Source: Candidatus Zixiibacteriota bacterium (lineage in GTDB: Bacteria > Zixibacteria > MSB-5A5 > GN15 > FEB-12). Taken from it: DNA of 48,121 nucleotides. The DNA is taken from NCBI GenBank assembly GCA_041742355.1, contig JBGSIV010000077.1:1-48121 (forward strand), in the 5' to 3' direction. This document shows positions 40,917-48,121 of the stretch, one piece after another. The notes under the pieces were generated by a model, which had not been told where the DNA came from, did not search any database, and was given only the letters and a program-made list of their open reading frames with translations. Both the position numbers and the translations under genes were made by a program. Position 1 is the stretch's first letter. Each line of letters opens with the position of its first letter.

Positions 40917-41370
40917 GCCCACGCCGGCGTCCCGACTCGGAGCATCCGGGTTCACGCTGGTCGAACTGGTCATCATCATCGTGATCCTCGGGATTCTCGC
41001 CGCCGTGGCAATTCCGAAGTTTGGCGACATGAGTGAGTCATCCAAGGACGTCGCCACCCGAAAAGAGATGAACGAATTGCGGCGAGCCATCGTGGGCTCG
41101 CCCGATGCGGTGGCCGGAGGACGCCTGGTCAACGCGGGGTTCGAAGGAGATGTGGGACATCTTCCGACCCGCCTGGAAGACTTGGTCACCCGGCCGGACT
41201 CCATTGTGCCATACGATCGCCTTACCCGGCTCGGCTGGAACGGTCCGTACATCGACGGAACCGGCGGCAGCTTTCTTGCGGATGCATGGGGGACGCCTTA
41301 CCAGTACGACCCGGGCCTGCGGCAGTTGCAGTCGGTCGGGGGAAATGACACCATTTCTGTAACGCTCTGA
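40906..41370 (+). CDS. Type IV pilin / GspG-like pseudopilin
   Basis: 'ASG|FTLVELVIIIVILGILAAVAIPKF', GspG-like 'DVGHLPTRLEDLV..P', 'WNGPYI', 'DAWGTPYQY'. Confidence 0.9.
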   Translation: MSGKPTPASRLGASGFTLVELVIIIVILGILAAVAIPKFGDMSESSKDVATRKEMNELRRAIVGSPDAVAGGRLVNAGFEGDVGHLPTRLEDLVTRPDSIVPYDRLTRLGWNGPYIDGTGGSFLADAWGTPYQYDPGLRQLQSVGGNDTISVTL

Positions 41371-41378
41371 TACCAACT

Positions 41379-42980
41379 ATGTTCACCGCGATAAAGAACA
41401 GACTCACACGGCCGAAGGGGGCAACGGGCGCTTCGGCACAGACTGCTGTACACGAGACCGCGCTGACGCCACAAAGCCGGCTGCTCATCGGTCATACGAT
41501 TGGTGTGTACGTGACATCGGAGAGCATCTACTTCGCCGCGGTCCGCCACCTCGGTCGACGCCGGACGGTTACGGCCGCGGAAGCTGTTCAACTCCCGCTT
41601 GGTCTATCGCCCGATGAACACGCCGCCCAGGTTGCTCAGGAGGCGGGGCGATTTTTCGACCTTCATGGGGGCCGAAGCACACGCGTTACCGTCTGCGTCT
41701 CCGGTCAGGGGACCGCCTTTCGCATGTTCATGCTGCCCGCGCTTCGCCGCGGCGATCTCCAGGCCGCCGTGCGAATTGAGGCGGCAAAGCAGGTGCCCTT
41801 TCCTCAAGCCGACTGCTACTATGGATTCGCCCCGATCGCCAGAGTGAGCAGCGGCGGCCAGAGCCGCGTGAAGATCGCCTTGCACGCAGTGACCAGAAGT
41901 CTGATAAACCAATCGCTGATGCCGCTGACCAAAGCGTCGTTGCCCGTGCAGGCCATCCACGCCGCTCCCACGGTTTTGGGGCAACTCCTCTCTGAACTGC
42001 CCGAATTCTCTGTCAACCGCAGCTACGCCGTGCTGCGCATCGGGCACCATGATACCGAAACCTCCTTCTATCGCGGCGGGACACTGGAGTTCTTCCACCA
42101 CGGTGGAACCGGGGCATCCATGCTTGGCGACCATCCTGAAGAGGCCCACATAGAGTACTTCGCCGAAACCCTCGCCACCGAAATTCAGACGTCGTTCGAT
42201 TACTATGCGGGCCAACACGCGGTTCAGAATGCGCAGGAAGTCTACGTGTACGGCGAAGCCGCCTCTCTTCCCCGGCTTCTGGAGCTGCTCTCGGAACGGG
42301 CCGGTTACCGGTTTGCGGCATTCCCGGCCGATCAAATCAGAGCCATGGCCCTTGGGCGAGGGGTTGACCGAGAGGTGGTGGTCGAAGCGCTCCCGGCTGT
42401 CGCCACCGCACTTTGCCATGCGGAAATCCCCAACCTTCTCCCGCCTGAACGGGTGGAATACTGGCGCCGCAGACGAATCGACATGATCGGACGGACTGCT
42501 GTTGCCGCGGCATTCCTTGTATTGGCCGGAAGCTGGGGTTTCCTCAACCGGGATCTGCAGGTGCACGACGGAACCGTGGCGGCCCTTGAACGCCAGCTCG
42601 CCATGTTCCAGTCGTCAGAAGCTTTCCATACCTTCAACACGCTCAAAACGAGGGTCGCCGCATCCAGCAAGTACCTTCGGGAAACGGCCAAGGAGTCAAC
42701 CTGGCTCGCACTCAATCTCAAAGAGCTGTCGCTGCTTACTCCCGCTGAGATTCGGTTGACGCGTTATGAGCTCAACACCGCCGAGCCGTCGCAAAATCTC
42801 CGAATTCAGGGAATCTCACAGTCGGAACAAGTCCCTCCTGAAGTGGCCGTTGCCGAGTTTGTCGAGCGACTCAGGACGAGCGGTTTTTTTGAGAACGTTG
42901 AAGTGGAGCGCCACGTCAAGCGTCGTATCGATGGCGAGGCGCAAATCGATTTCCAGCTGCTTATGCGGGGGATACTGTGA
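41379..42980 (+). CDS. pilM: PilM-like cytoplasmic domain fused to a PilN-like TM/periplasmic domain
   Basis: Actin-like PilM motifs 'IGVYV', 'EAAKQVPFP', 'LATEIQTSFDYY', 'VYVYGE', then 'IPNLLP', a TM, a coiled coil and PilN-like 'L.ELS.LTP.EI.LT', 'F.ERL..SGFFENV'. Confidence 0.8.
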   Translation: MFTAIKNRLTRPKGATGASAQTAVHETALTPQSRLLIGHTIGVYVTSESIYFAAVRHLGRRRTVTAAEAVQLPLGLSPDEHAAQVAQEAGRFFDLHGGRSTRVTVCVSGQGTAFRMFMLPALRRGDLQAAVRIEAAKQVPFPQADCYYGFAPIARVSSGGQSRVKIALHAVTRSLINQSLMPLTKASLPVQAIHAAPTVLGQLLSELPEFSVNRSYAVLRIGHHDTETSFYRGGTLEFFHHGGTGASMLGDHPEEAHIEYFAETLATEIQTSFDYYAGQHAVQNAQEVYVYGEAASLPRLLELLSERAGYRFAAFPADQIRAMALGRGVDREVVVEALPAVATALCHAEIPNLLPPERVEYWRRRRIDMIGRTAVAAAFLVLAGSWGFLNRDLQVHDGTVAALERQLAMFQSSEAFHTFNTLKTRVAASSKYLRETAKESTWLALNLKELSLLTPAEIRLTRYELNTAEPSQNLRIQGISQSEQVPPEVAVAEFVERLRTSGFFENVEVERHVKRRIDGEAQIDFQLLMRGIL

Positions 42981-43537
42981 ACCGACGTCTTCTCATGTAC
43001 GGCGGAACGATCGCGGCAATGGTCGTCCTCTGGGGCTACCTCGTTTGGATCCCTCATGCCCGGAAGACGCAAGCTGCGGACCGCCTGGCGGAAGAGACGC
43101 GACGGCAGCTGGCCGAGGCCCAGCAGTTCACCCTCCAGTTGCCCGCATTCATGGACACTCAGGAGCGCTTGCAGGCGCAGCGGATTGACTTGAATTCCCG
43201 GCTGTACGCAGCTGCCGACATCATGGCGCTCCTGCGCGAACTGCGCGATCAGGCGGCCGAGTTGAACCTCCGAGTGATCGAGATAACGCCGTCAATCGAC
43301 GAACTCCTCCGCCTCAACCAGGCTCTGACCAGGAGTTCCGAGCCGCAGTACCTCAATATCGAGATCCTCCTCTCGGGCGAATTTGTCTCGCTCGGTGAAT
43401 TTGTGCGGCACATCGAACACGAGGAATACACCCGGGGGATCAACCGGTGCATCATGAGCGGCGCGCGGGACGGGTCGGAGCCACTGCAGATGCAATTCGG
43501 ATTCAGGGCCCTGTTGGGAACCGGAGGCAGCGTATGA
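42977..43537 (+). CDS. pilO: PilO/GspM-like protein
   Basis: N-terminal TM, coiled coil, 'LNIEILLSGEFVSLGEFVRHIE'. Position after pilM/N. Confidence 0.78.
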   Translation: MNRRLLMYGGTIAAMVVLWGYLVWIPHARKTQAADRLAEETRRQLAEAQQFTLQLPAFMDTQERLQAQRIDLNSRLYAAADIMALLRELRDQAAELNLRVIEITPSIDELLRLNQALTRSSEPQYLNIEILLSGEFVSLGEFVRHIEHEEYTRGINRCIMSGARDGSEPLQMQFGFRALLGTGGSV

Positions 43538-43986
43538 ATGCGGCAACGCGCCGACGCGGACTCTATGTGCTTCTCGGCCTGGCCATTGTCTGGGGCATGT
43601 ACAATATGAACGCCCCGCGCAACTCAAAGCCGAAGTCGGATGCTGTCCCAGCCGCGACAGCCTCTGCCCCACAGGTGAAGGCGTCGGCGAGGCAGGCAAA
43701 CCTGGCCGACTACGAGGCGAAGCCGTGGGGCCGCGACCCCTTCCGCACGCAGTCGCACCGGAACGGGAGTGCTCAGATGCCCTCCGCAAATAGGCCAGCC
43801 CAGGCCGCCTGGAGACTTTCCGGCATTGTCTACAGCGAAGGGACCCCGCTTGCGATAGTGAACAATCGCCCGGTTCGCGTCGGCGACCACATCAATGGCG
43901 CCACTGTCATGGACATAAACAGACGGGAGGTGACCCTCGATGCCGGCGGAAGCCGTGTCACTCTCCGGGTCACACCCAAAGGATAA
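43534..43986 (+). CDS. PilP/GspB/MshK-like protein
   Basis: TM, 'WGRDPF', 'LSGIVYS....AIVN...VRVGD.I.G..V..I....V.L'. The ATG overlaps the pilO stop. Confidence 0.75.
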   Translation: MNAATRRRGLYVLLGLAIVWGMYNMNAPRNSKPKSDAVPAATASAPQVKASARQANLADYEAKPWGRDPFRTQSHRNGSAQMPSANRPAQAAWRLSGIVYSEGTPLAIVNNRPVRVGDHINGATVMDINRREVTLDAGGSRVTLRVTPKG

Positions 43987-43989
43987 CGT

Positions 43990-45285
43990 ATGAAACCGCG
44001 CACTGCAGCTCTGGTCATCCTCGGCTTGTGTATTCTGGCTGCCTCGCCCAGGGCCTCCTCCCCACTGGACAACGCCCGGCCGCTGTCCCTCAATCTTGAA
44101 AATGTGCCGATTACGACTGTCCTGGACATGGTCGCGGCGCAGAACGGGTTGAACATTGTCGTTTCCGGCACCGTCGTCGGGTCGGTGACTCTGCGTCTGG
44201 AAGATGTGGCGCTCCCGGCGGCCCTCGATGCGATCCTCCTCCCGATGGGTTTCAACTATTACATTCGGAACGGTGTGATTGTCGTGAAGCCGTTCGAGAT
44301 GTATTCCCCGGGCGAGCTTGAAACCCGGAGCGTGGAGCTGCGGTACATCGACCCCGTGACCGTGCAGAAAGCGCTGAGTCCCCTGAAATCGACGCAGGGG
44401 CAGGTGATCATCCTGGACAAGATAGCCGGCGCCGAGGGGGGCACAGTCAGTCCTCGCGAGACCTACAAGCCGAATCGGCTTCTGCTGGCCGACTTCCCGG
44501 CGGTTGTGGCGCAGATGCTCGAAGTAATTGCGGACATCGACCAACCGGAGCAGGTCATCTCCATTGAAGCCCGCATTATCGAGACGAATGTCGATGACGC
44601 CAGCCGCGTGGGATTCTCGTGGCCAACCGCTTTCGGCACGGTATTGGGCGGCGGCGGCACCGACTCAGGCAGCACGGGCGGCTCGGACGAAGTCGACGGT
44701 GCCGCGGTGTGGAATCCCAACAACGGCGATTTTGCGTGGGCCAAACTCACGGTTCAGCAGGTCAACCTGGTTCTTCACCTGCTTGAGGAGAAAGGCGACA
44801 GCAAGTTGATCTCGGACCCACGGGTGACGACTCTGGCCAACCACGAGGCGGAAATCAAGATTCAGACGGTCATACCGATCGCCACGATCAACCGGTTCAC
44901 CGAGGGGGCGGCGACGCAGGATATCGTGACTTTTCAGGATCAGGAGGTCGGGATCTCGTTGCGCGTTACGCCGAGGATAAATGAAGCGGGCAGGATCACG
45001 ATGGATGTCATGCCGGTAGTCGAGGACATCATCGGCTTCGCCGGACCCGCCGACAACCAGAAGCCGATCACGACCGAACGGTCGGTTCGCACGACTATCA
45101 CGGTCGCCGACGGCGAGACGGTCGCTTTGGGCGGGTTGCGCAAGGAGGACGAAATCGAGAGCGTCCGGCGCGTGCCGCTCCTCGGTCACATACCGCTTCT
45201 CGGGAGGCTGCTCTTCACCAATACCTCAAAGGAGAAGAAAGCAACCGACCTGATTATCCTGATAACGCCACGCGTCCTTCCCTGA
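43990..45285 (+). CDS. pilQ: Secretin (PilQ/GspD/MshL family)
   Basis: Signal peptide, N0 'LSLNLENVPI..VL..VA...GLNIVV', 'Q.ISIEARIIE', 'LISDPRVTTLAN', 'VGISLRVTPRI', 'GETVALGGL', 'VPLLGHIPLLG.LF', 'LIILITPRV'. Confidence 0.93.
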   Translation: MKPRTAALVILGLCILAASPRASSPLDNARPLSLNLENVPITTVLDMVAAQNGLNIVVSGTVVGSVTLRLEDVALPAALDAILLPMGFNYYIRNGVIVVKPFEMYSPGELETRSVELRYIDPVTVQKALSPLKSTQGQVIILDKIAGAEGGTVSPRETYKPNRLLLADFPAVVAQMLEVIADIDQPEQVISIEARIIETNVDDASRVGFSWPTAFGTVLGGGGTDSGSTGGSDEVDGAAVWNPNNGDFAWAKLTVQQVNLVLHLLEEKGDSKLISDPRVTTLANHEAEIKIQTVIPIATINRFTEGAATQDIVTFQDQEVGISLRVTPRINEAGRITMDVMPVVEDIIGFAGPADNQKPITTERSVRTTITVADGETVALGGLRKEDEIESVRRVPLLGHIPLLGRLLFTNTSKEKKATDLIILITPRVLP

Positions 45286-45736
45286 TCGCCTGCCTCCGGT
45301 CCACGAGGAACCGTCGCGACCGGGAAAAGAGCAGCTGCAGCATCAGGAGTAGCAGTCCGAGGTCGCGAATGAGCGTGTTGACAGCTTCATCGCCGGCGCC
45401 CTGCGACGCCTTGAAGCAACCGCATTCGATATCCAGACCGCGGGCCGCGGCCGATGCCAGCGCCACAATGAACACCAGGTTCATGAGCAACACCGACCAG
45501 ACCGCCCCCCGGTAGAATACCCCGAAAATCAGGAACAGCCCGGCCAGCATCTCCCACCAGGGGAGAATCAGGGCCACGAGGTTGATCAGGCTGACCGGCG
45601 TCAGGTGATAGTACCAGATCGACTTGGCAAAGTCGCCCGGCTCAAGGATTTTGTAGTAAGCGGCGTAGATAAAGACGGCTCCCACAAAGAGGCGCACGGT
45701 CAGGGTCAGGTAGTCGTTGTCGATTATTCGCCGCAT
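45254..45736 (-). CDS. DoxX/MauE family membrane protein
   Basis: 'RLFVGAVFIYAA..KI..P..F...I..Y', 'LP.WE..AGL.LIFG', 'RGLDIECGCF', 'L.RD'. Start MRRII at 45736. Confidence 0.88.
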   Translation of the reverse strand: MRRIIDNDYLTLTVRLFVGAVFIYAAYYKILEPGDFAKSIWYYHLTPVSLINLVALILPWWEMLAGLFLIFGVFYRGAVWSVLLMNLVFIVALASAAARGLDIECGCFKASQGAGDEAVNTLIRDLGLLLLMLQLLFSRSRRFLVDRRQAIREGRVALSG

Positions 45737-46242
45737 GCTTCTCTCCGTTCCATCTGCAGGCTGTTCTTCTCCCACTCCCTCGCTCCGCCGAAGAAAATCA
45801 TGACGTTGGTGTATCCGATGGCTTGGAGGTTCCGGGCCAGGTGCAGGGAGAGGTCGCACTCCTCGCCGGAGCAGAAGGTAATCAGTCGGGTGTCCGGGGA
45901 GGCACCGCCGAATGCGGAGTCAAAGTACGGGCCAAGGTCTCCCTCGGGGAGCATCTCAAACGGGATGTTGATCGAGCCGGGGATTGTCCCACAGACGAAT
46001 TCGGAGGGGTTGCGGGCATCGATGAAGATAACGCCTCCGCCGGTGAATTCGACATGGGCGACATCAAGGCCGATGAAGGGCGGGTCGCCCGGATCGGCCG
46101 CCGGGGGGATCACCGGGCCGTCGCCCGAGGATAACTCCCGCCAATCGCCGATGTAGGGTATGGCGTTGGGGGAAACGAGGTTGATACCGAGTCCGAAGAC
46201 CGCCGCGAGGCCGAGGATGATGAGGAGTTGTCGAAGGGCCAT
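45724..46242 (-). CDS. Rhodanese-like domain protein with an N-terminal membrane anchor
   Basis: 'FIDARNP.EF..GTIPGSINIP', active-site loop 'FCSGEECDLS', 'GY.NV..F.GG..EW'. Paired with the DoxX/MauE gene. Confidence 0.9.
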   Translation of the reverse strand: MALRQLLIILGLAAVFGLGINLVSPNAIPYIGDWRELSSGDGPVIPPAADPGDPPFIGLDVAHVEFTGGGVIFIDARNPSEFVCGTIPGSINIPFEMLPEGDLGPYFDSAFGGASPDTRLITFCSGEECDLSLHLARNLQAIGYTNVMIFFGGAREWEKNSLQMERREACGE

Positions 46243-46568
46243 GGGTGTCCGTGGGTTTAAGGGTTCGCACCTTTGGTCTGTTATACCAGTAGGCCTGCCA
46301 AAGGTTTAGCGAAAAGTGCCGGACCGGAGGAGGACTGTCCTGGTTGCTGTTTCTCAGGCCGAAAAAAGGTACCGGCGACGCTGGTGTCAACCAATATTCG
46401 CGGCAGGCCGTCATACCTCTCGTAGACGATCGGAGCGGGCCCGACATGACGGATTAAGTGAGGCGAGGGTAAAAATTGGCAACTGGACGGTAACTGGTAT
46501 GCCTGGACGATGGCGTCGGCGAGTACGGAACGTTAAAGTGTTGGTTGAGGGGATGTGTGGAACTCCAT

Positions 46569-46599
46569 AGAAACAGGGCCAGTCAGTAGACTGGCCCTG
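46569..46599 (-). terminator. Intrinsic terminator
   Basis: 11-bp stem CAGGGCCAGTC-TACT-GACTGGCCCTG followed by TTTCT on the minus strand. Confidence 0.7.
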
Positions 46600-47035
46600 A
46601 GTATTCGGTAGTTCGCAGTCGGGCGGCTCCACCAGGCAACCGCCGGGAAATCATATCTCGCTCAATGGGTTTGCTCGGCGCCGCGGACGTATCGGGACGA
46701 TACCAACATATAATGTCCGCGAAGAATTTGACCCACTACAGCCGAGAACTTGGTCGGTGACAGGACCTGCAGGCCGTAGGGGTGCCAGCAATCCTTTTCT
46801 CCCAGAGATGCGAACCCTTTGTCATCTTTGCTCTTCGGCATGAAGCAACTCCCTATCTGCTCGTGAAGTCTGATATCCCCCTCTTCGGTTTCTGGCACAT
46901 AGCTATAGATAACCGGGGATAGCGGTGAAGCTATAGGGATTGGTGGATTTCTGAGATATCACCTCCTAACGACTGCGACGCCCCTTGGCCATTACTACCT
47001 ATTCCGACCTCCAAAGGTGCTGACGGACTCAGCAA
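46569..47035 (-). ncRNA. Candidate large structured non-coding RNA (unassigned family)
   Basis: Multiple nested long-range complementary segments close a ~400-nt domain that ends directly at a terminator (detailed in findings). The 5' end is uncertain. Confidence 0.55.
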
Positions 47036-47074
47036 ACGTATCGCCCCTCACATAGTAGACTTTTGACATACAGG

Positions 47075-47389
47075 TCAGGTCAGCAGCATCCTGTGTAATT
47101 TTTTGATCGCACGGTGTTTATAAATATTCACCACCTGTTGGGTAACCCCTAACAGATCGGCTATCTCGCGCTCGGTCTTCCCTATCAAGTAGTACTTGAT
47201 TACTTCTTTTTGGCGCTTTGACAGGGAGTGATTTATGTGCCATTTGAGTTTGCCGCGAATCCTGTCGAGGTGTTGCCGGATGAGGCCATCGGATTCCTCC
47301 AGGTGATAGGGCGACTGCTCGTTGGCGAACGACTCGAGGAAGAGTCGGTCGACCGCCACTTCGGCAAAGTCGGACTCGCGCGCGGGCAC
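47075..47389 (-). CDS. Stand-alone sigma70 region-4-like HTH protein
   Basis: 'SLSKRQKEVIKYYLIGKTEREIADLLGVTQQVVNIYKHRAIKKL' fits the sigma region 4 HTH pattern. 104 aa with no region 2. SD-like AAAGGGG before the GTG. Confidence 0.85.
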   Translation of the reverse strand: MPARESDFAEVAVDRLFLESFANEQSPYHLEESDGLIRQHLDRIRGKLKWHINHSLSKRQKEVIKYYLIGKTEREIADLLGVTQQVVNIYKHRAIKKLHRMLLT

Positions 47390-47408
47390 ACGTTCCCCCT
47401 TTCCGGTA

Positions 47409-47966
47409 TCAGAACTCCAGCTTGTTCTCCGAGCGGATGCGGTTGAGGTCGGCGACGGAGATATTGAACTTCTTCGCCGTTTCCTCCCGGATTTCGTTGA
47501 CCGCCACAGTCAGTTCGTACGATGACAGGTCTTTCGGGAGACTGCGGTAACGCTGATTGTAGTACGCCAGGACCTGATCGTTGAGTGATTGCGTTTTGGC
47601 AGCGGTCGAGGCCGGAGCGGTGCCGGAGCCTGATTTGGGCTTGGCGGCGGCTTTGGCGGCCTTGAGCTGCTTTGTCATCTGGGCCAGCTGCAGTTGCAGG
47701 GTGTCGATTGTGCCCGACAGGGAGTCGACCGTGATCCGGTAGGTCTGATCGCGGCGCAGGAGGCTGTCACCGAAAGCCAACTCCTTGCCGGCCATCTGGT
47801 CACGGAGGGAGTCGGCTTCAAGCTGGGCAGCGTAGACCTCGCCAACCGAAGACTGGCGGCCGGCCTCAAAGGAGCCCGCGAGGCGATCCTGCTGGCGGAC
47901 AACCTGAAGGTAGCCAACAAGAACAACCACGGCGAGCAGGAATATGGCGAGCAGGGCTTTTTTCAT
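47409..47966 (-). CDS. Hypothetical membrane-anchored coiled-coil protein
   Basis: MKK plus N-terminal TM, heptad coiled coil, Ala/Lys/Ser linker, small C-terminal helical domain. Only 19 nt separate it from the sigma4 gene. Confidence 0.8.
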   Translation of the reverse strand: MKKALLAIFLLAVVVLVGYLQVVRQQDRLAGSFEAGRQSSVGEVYAAQLEADSLRDQMAGKELAFGDSLLRRDQTYRITVDSLSGTIDTLQLQLAQMTKQLKAAKAAAKPKSGSGTAPASTAAKTQSLNDQVLAYYNQRYRSLPKDLSSYELTVAVNEIREETAKKFNISVADLNRIRSENKLEF

Positions 47967-47993
47967 AATGATCCGTCAGTGAAGACTGGTCGC

Positions 47994-48022
47994 ACAATAT
48001 TGGGGCCGCGAAAGGGTGTCAA
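47994..48022 (-). promoter_or_regulatory. sigma70-like promoter for the membrane protein / sigma4 / RNA unit
   Basis: TTGACA-N17-TATTGT about 27 nt upstream of the ATG at 47966. Confidence 0.7.
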
Positions 48023-48070
48023 GTTTGAACTTTCCGGGGGGTTGGCCCCGGATTGGGTTCGTTTGATACT

Positions 48071-48092
48071 CGGCCGATGTGGACATCGGCCG
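48071..48092. repeat. 10-bp perfect inverted repeat
   Basis: CGGCCGATGT-gg-ACATCGGCCG. GTGGACATC recurs about 29 nt downstream. Confidence 0.75.
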
Positions 48093-48121
48093 CGCACATG
48101 TACGGCCGTGGACATCCGCAG

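Noticed and set aside
46600..46634. tmRNA/tRNA-like 3' end on the + strand (GGCTCCACCA)
   Set aside because: No proper T-arm and no matching 5' acceptor strand; better explained as one strand of the minus-strand RNA helix.
46795..46890. Glycine riboswitch-like fragments (GCCGAAGAGCAA, CTCTGG) in the large RNA
   Set aside because: Elements are incomplete and out of order (no CTCTCAGG after CCGAAG), and no glycine-related gene follows.

Overview
GC-rich bacterial chromosomal window. The Cys-flanked dockerin-like C-termini and a 'QNYPNPFN' FlgD/T9SS-type C-terminal domain suggest an FCB-group organism, most likely candidate phylum Zixibacteria (inference). It contains: (i) a minus-strand rRNA operon (complete 16S, tRNA-Ile, tRNA-Ala, 23S truncated by the window edge) with tandem sigma70-like promoters and boxA sites; (ii) membrane glycosyltransferase-like, dockerin and ComB-like genes; (iii) a tdh-acpS-acsA-ACP-kbl-(kbl-like) cluster, i.e. 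threonine/glycine enzymes fused with a carrier-protein module; (iv) a QueT-like transporter, an HTH-WYL regulator and a 1499-aa 9xPAS+GAF+LuxR regulator; (v) outer-membrane and secreted proteins (lipoprotein, beta-barrel, M6 and MXAN_6640-like metalloproteases, Omp85-like protein); (vi) a type IV/MSHA-like pilus or T2SS-like operon; (vii) a rhodanese/DoxX pair. The most striking unexplained signals are a ~430-nt highly base-paired, terminator-ended RNA-like element right behind a stand-alone sigma70 region-4 protein gene (46569-47389), a ~130-nt promoter-to-terminator small RNA candidate (13261-13393), and the ACP-linked Kbl/Tdh cluster. All calls come from reading the sequence by eye; no database searches or folding programs were run.
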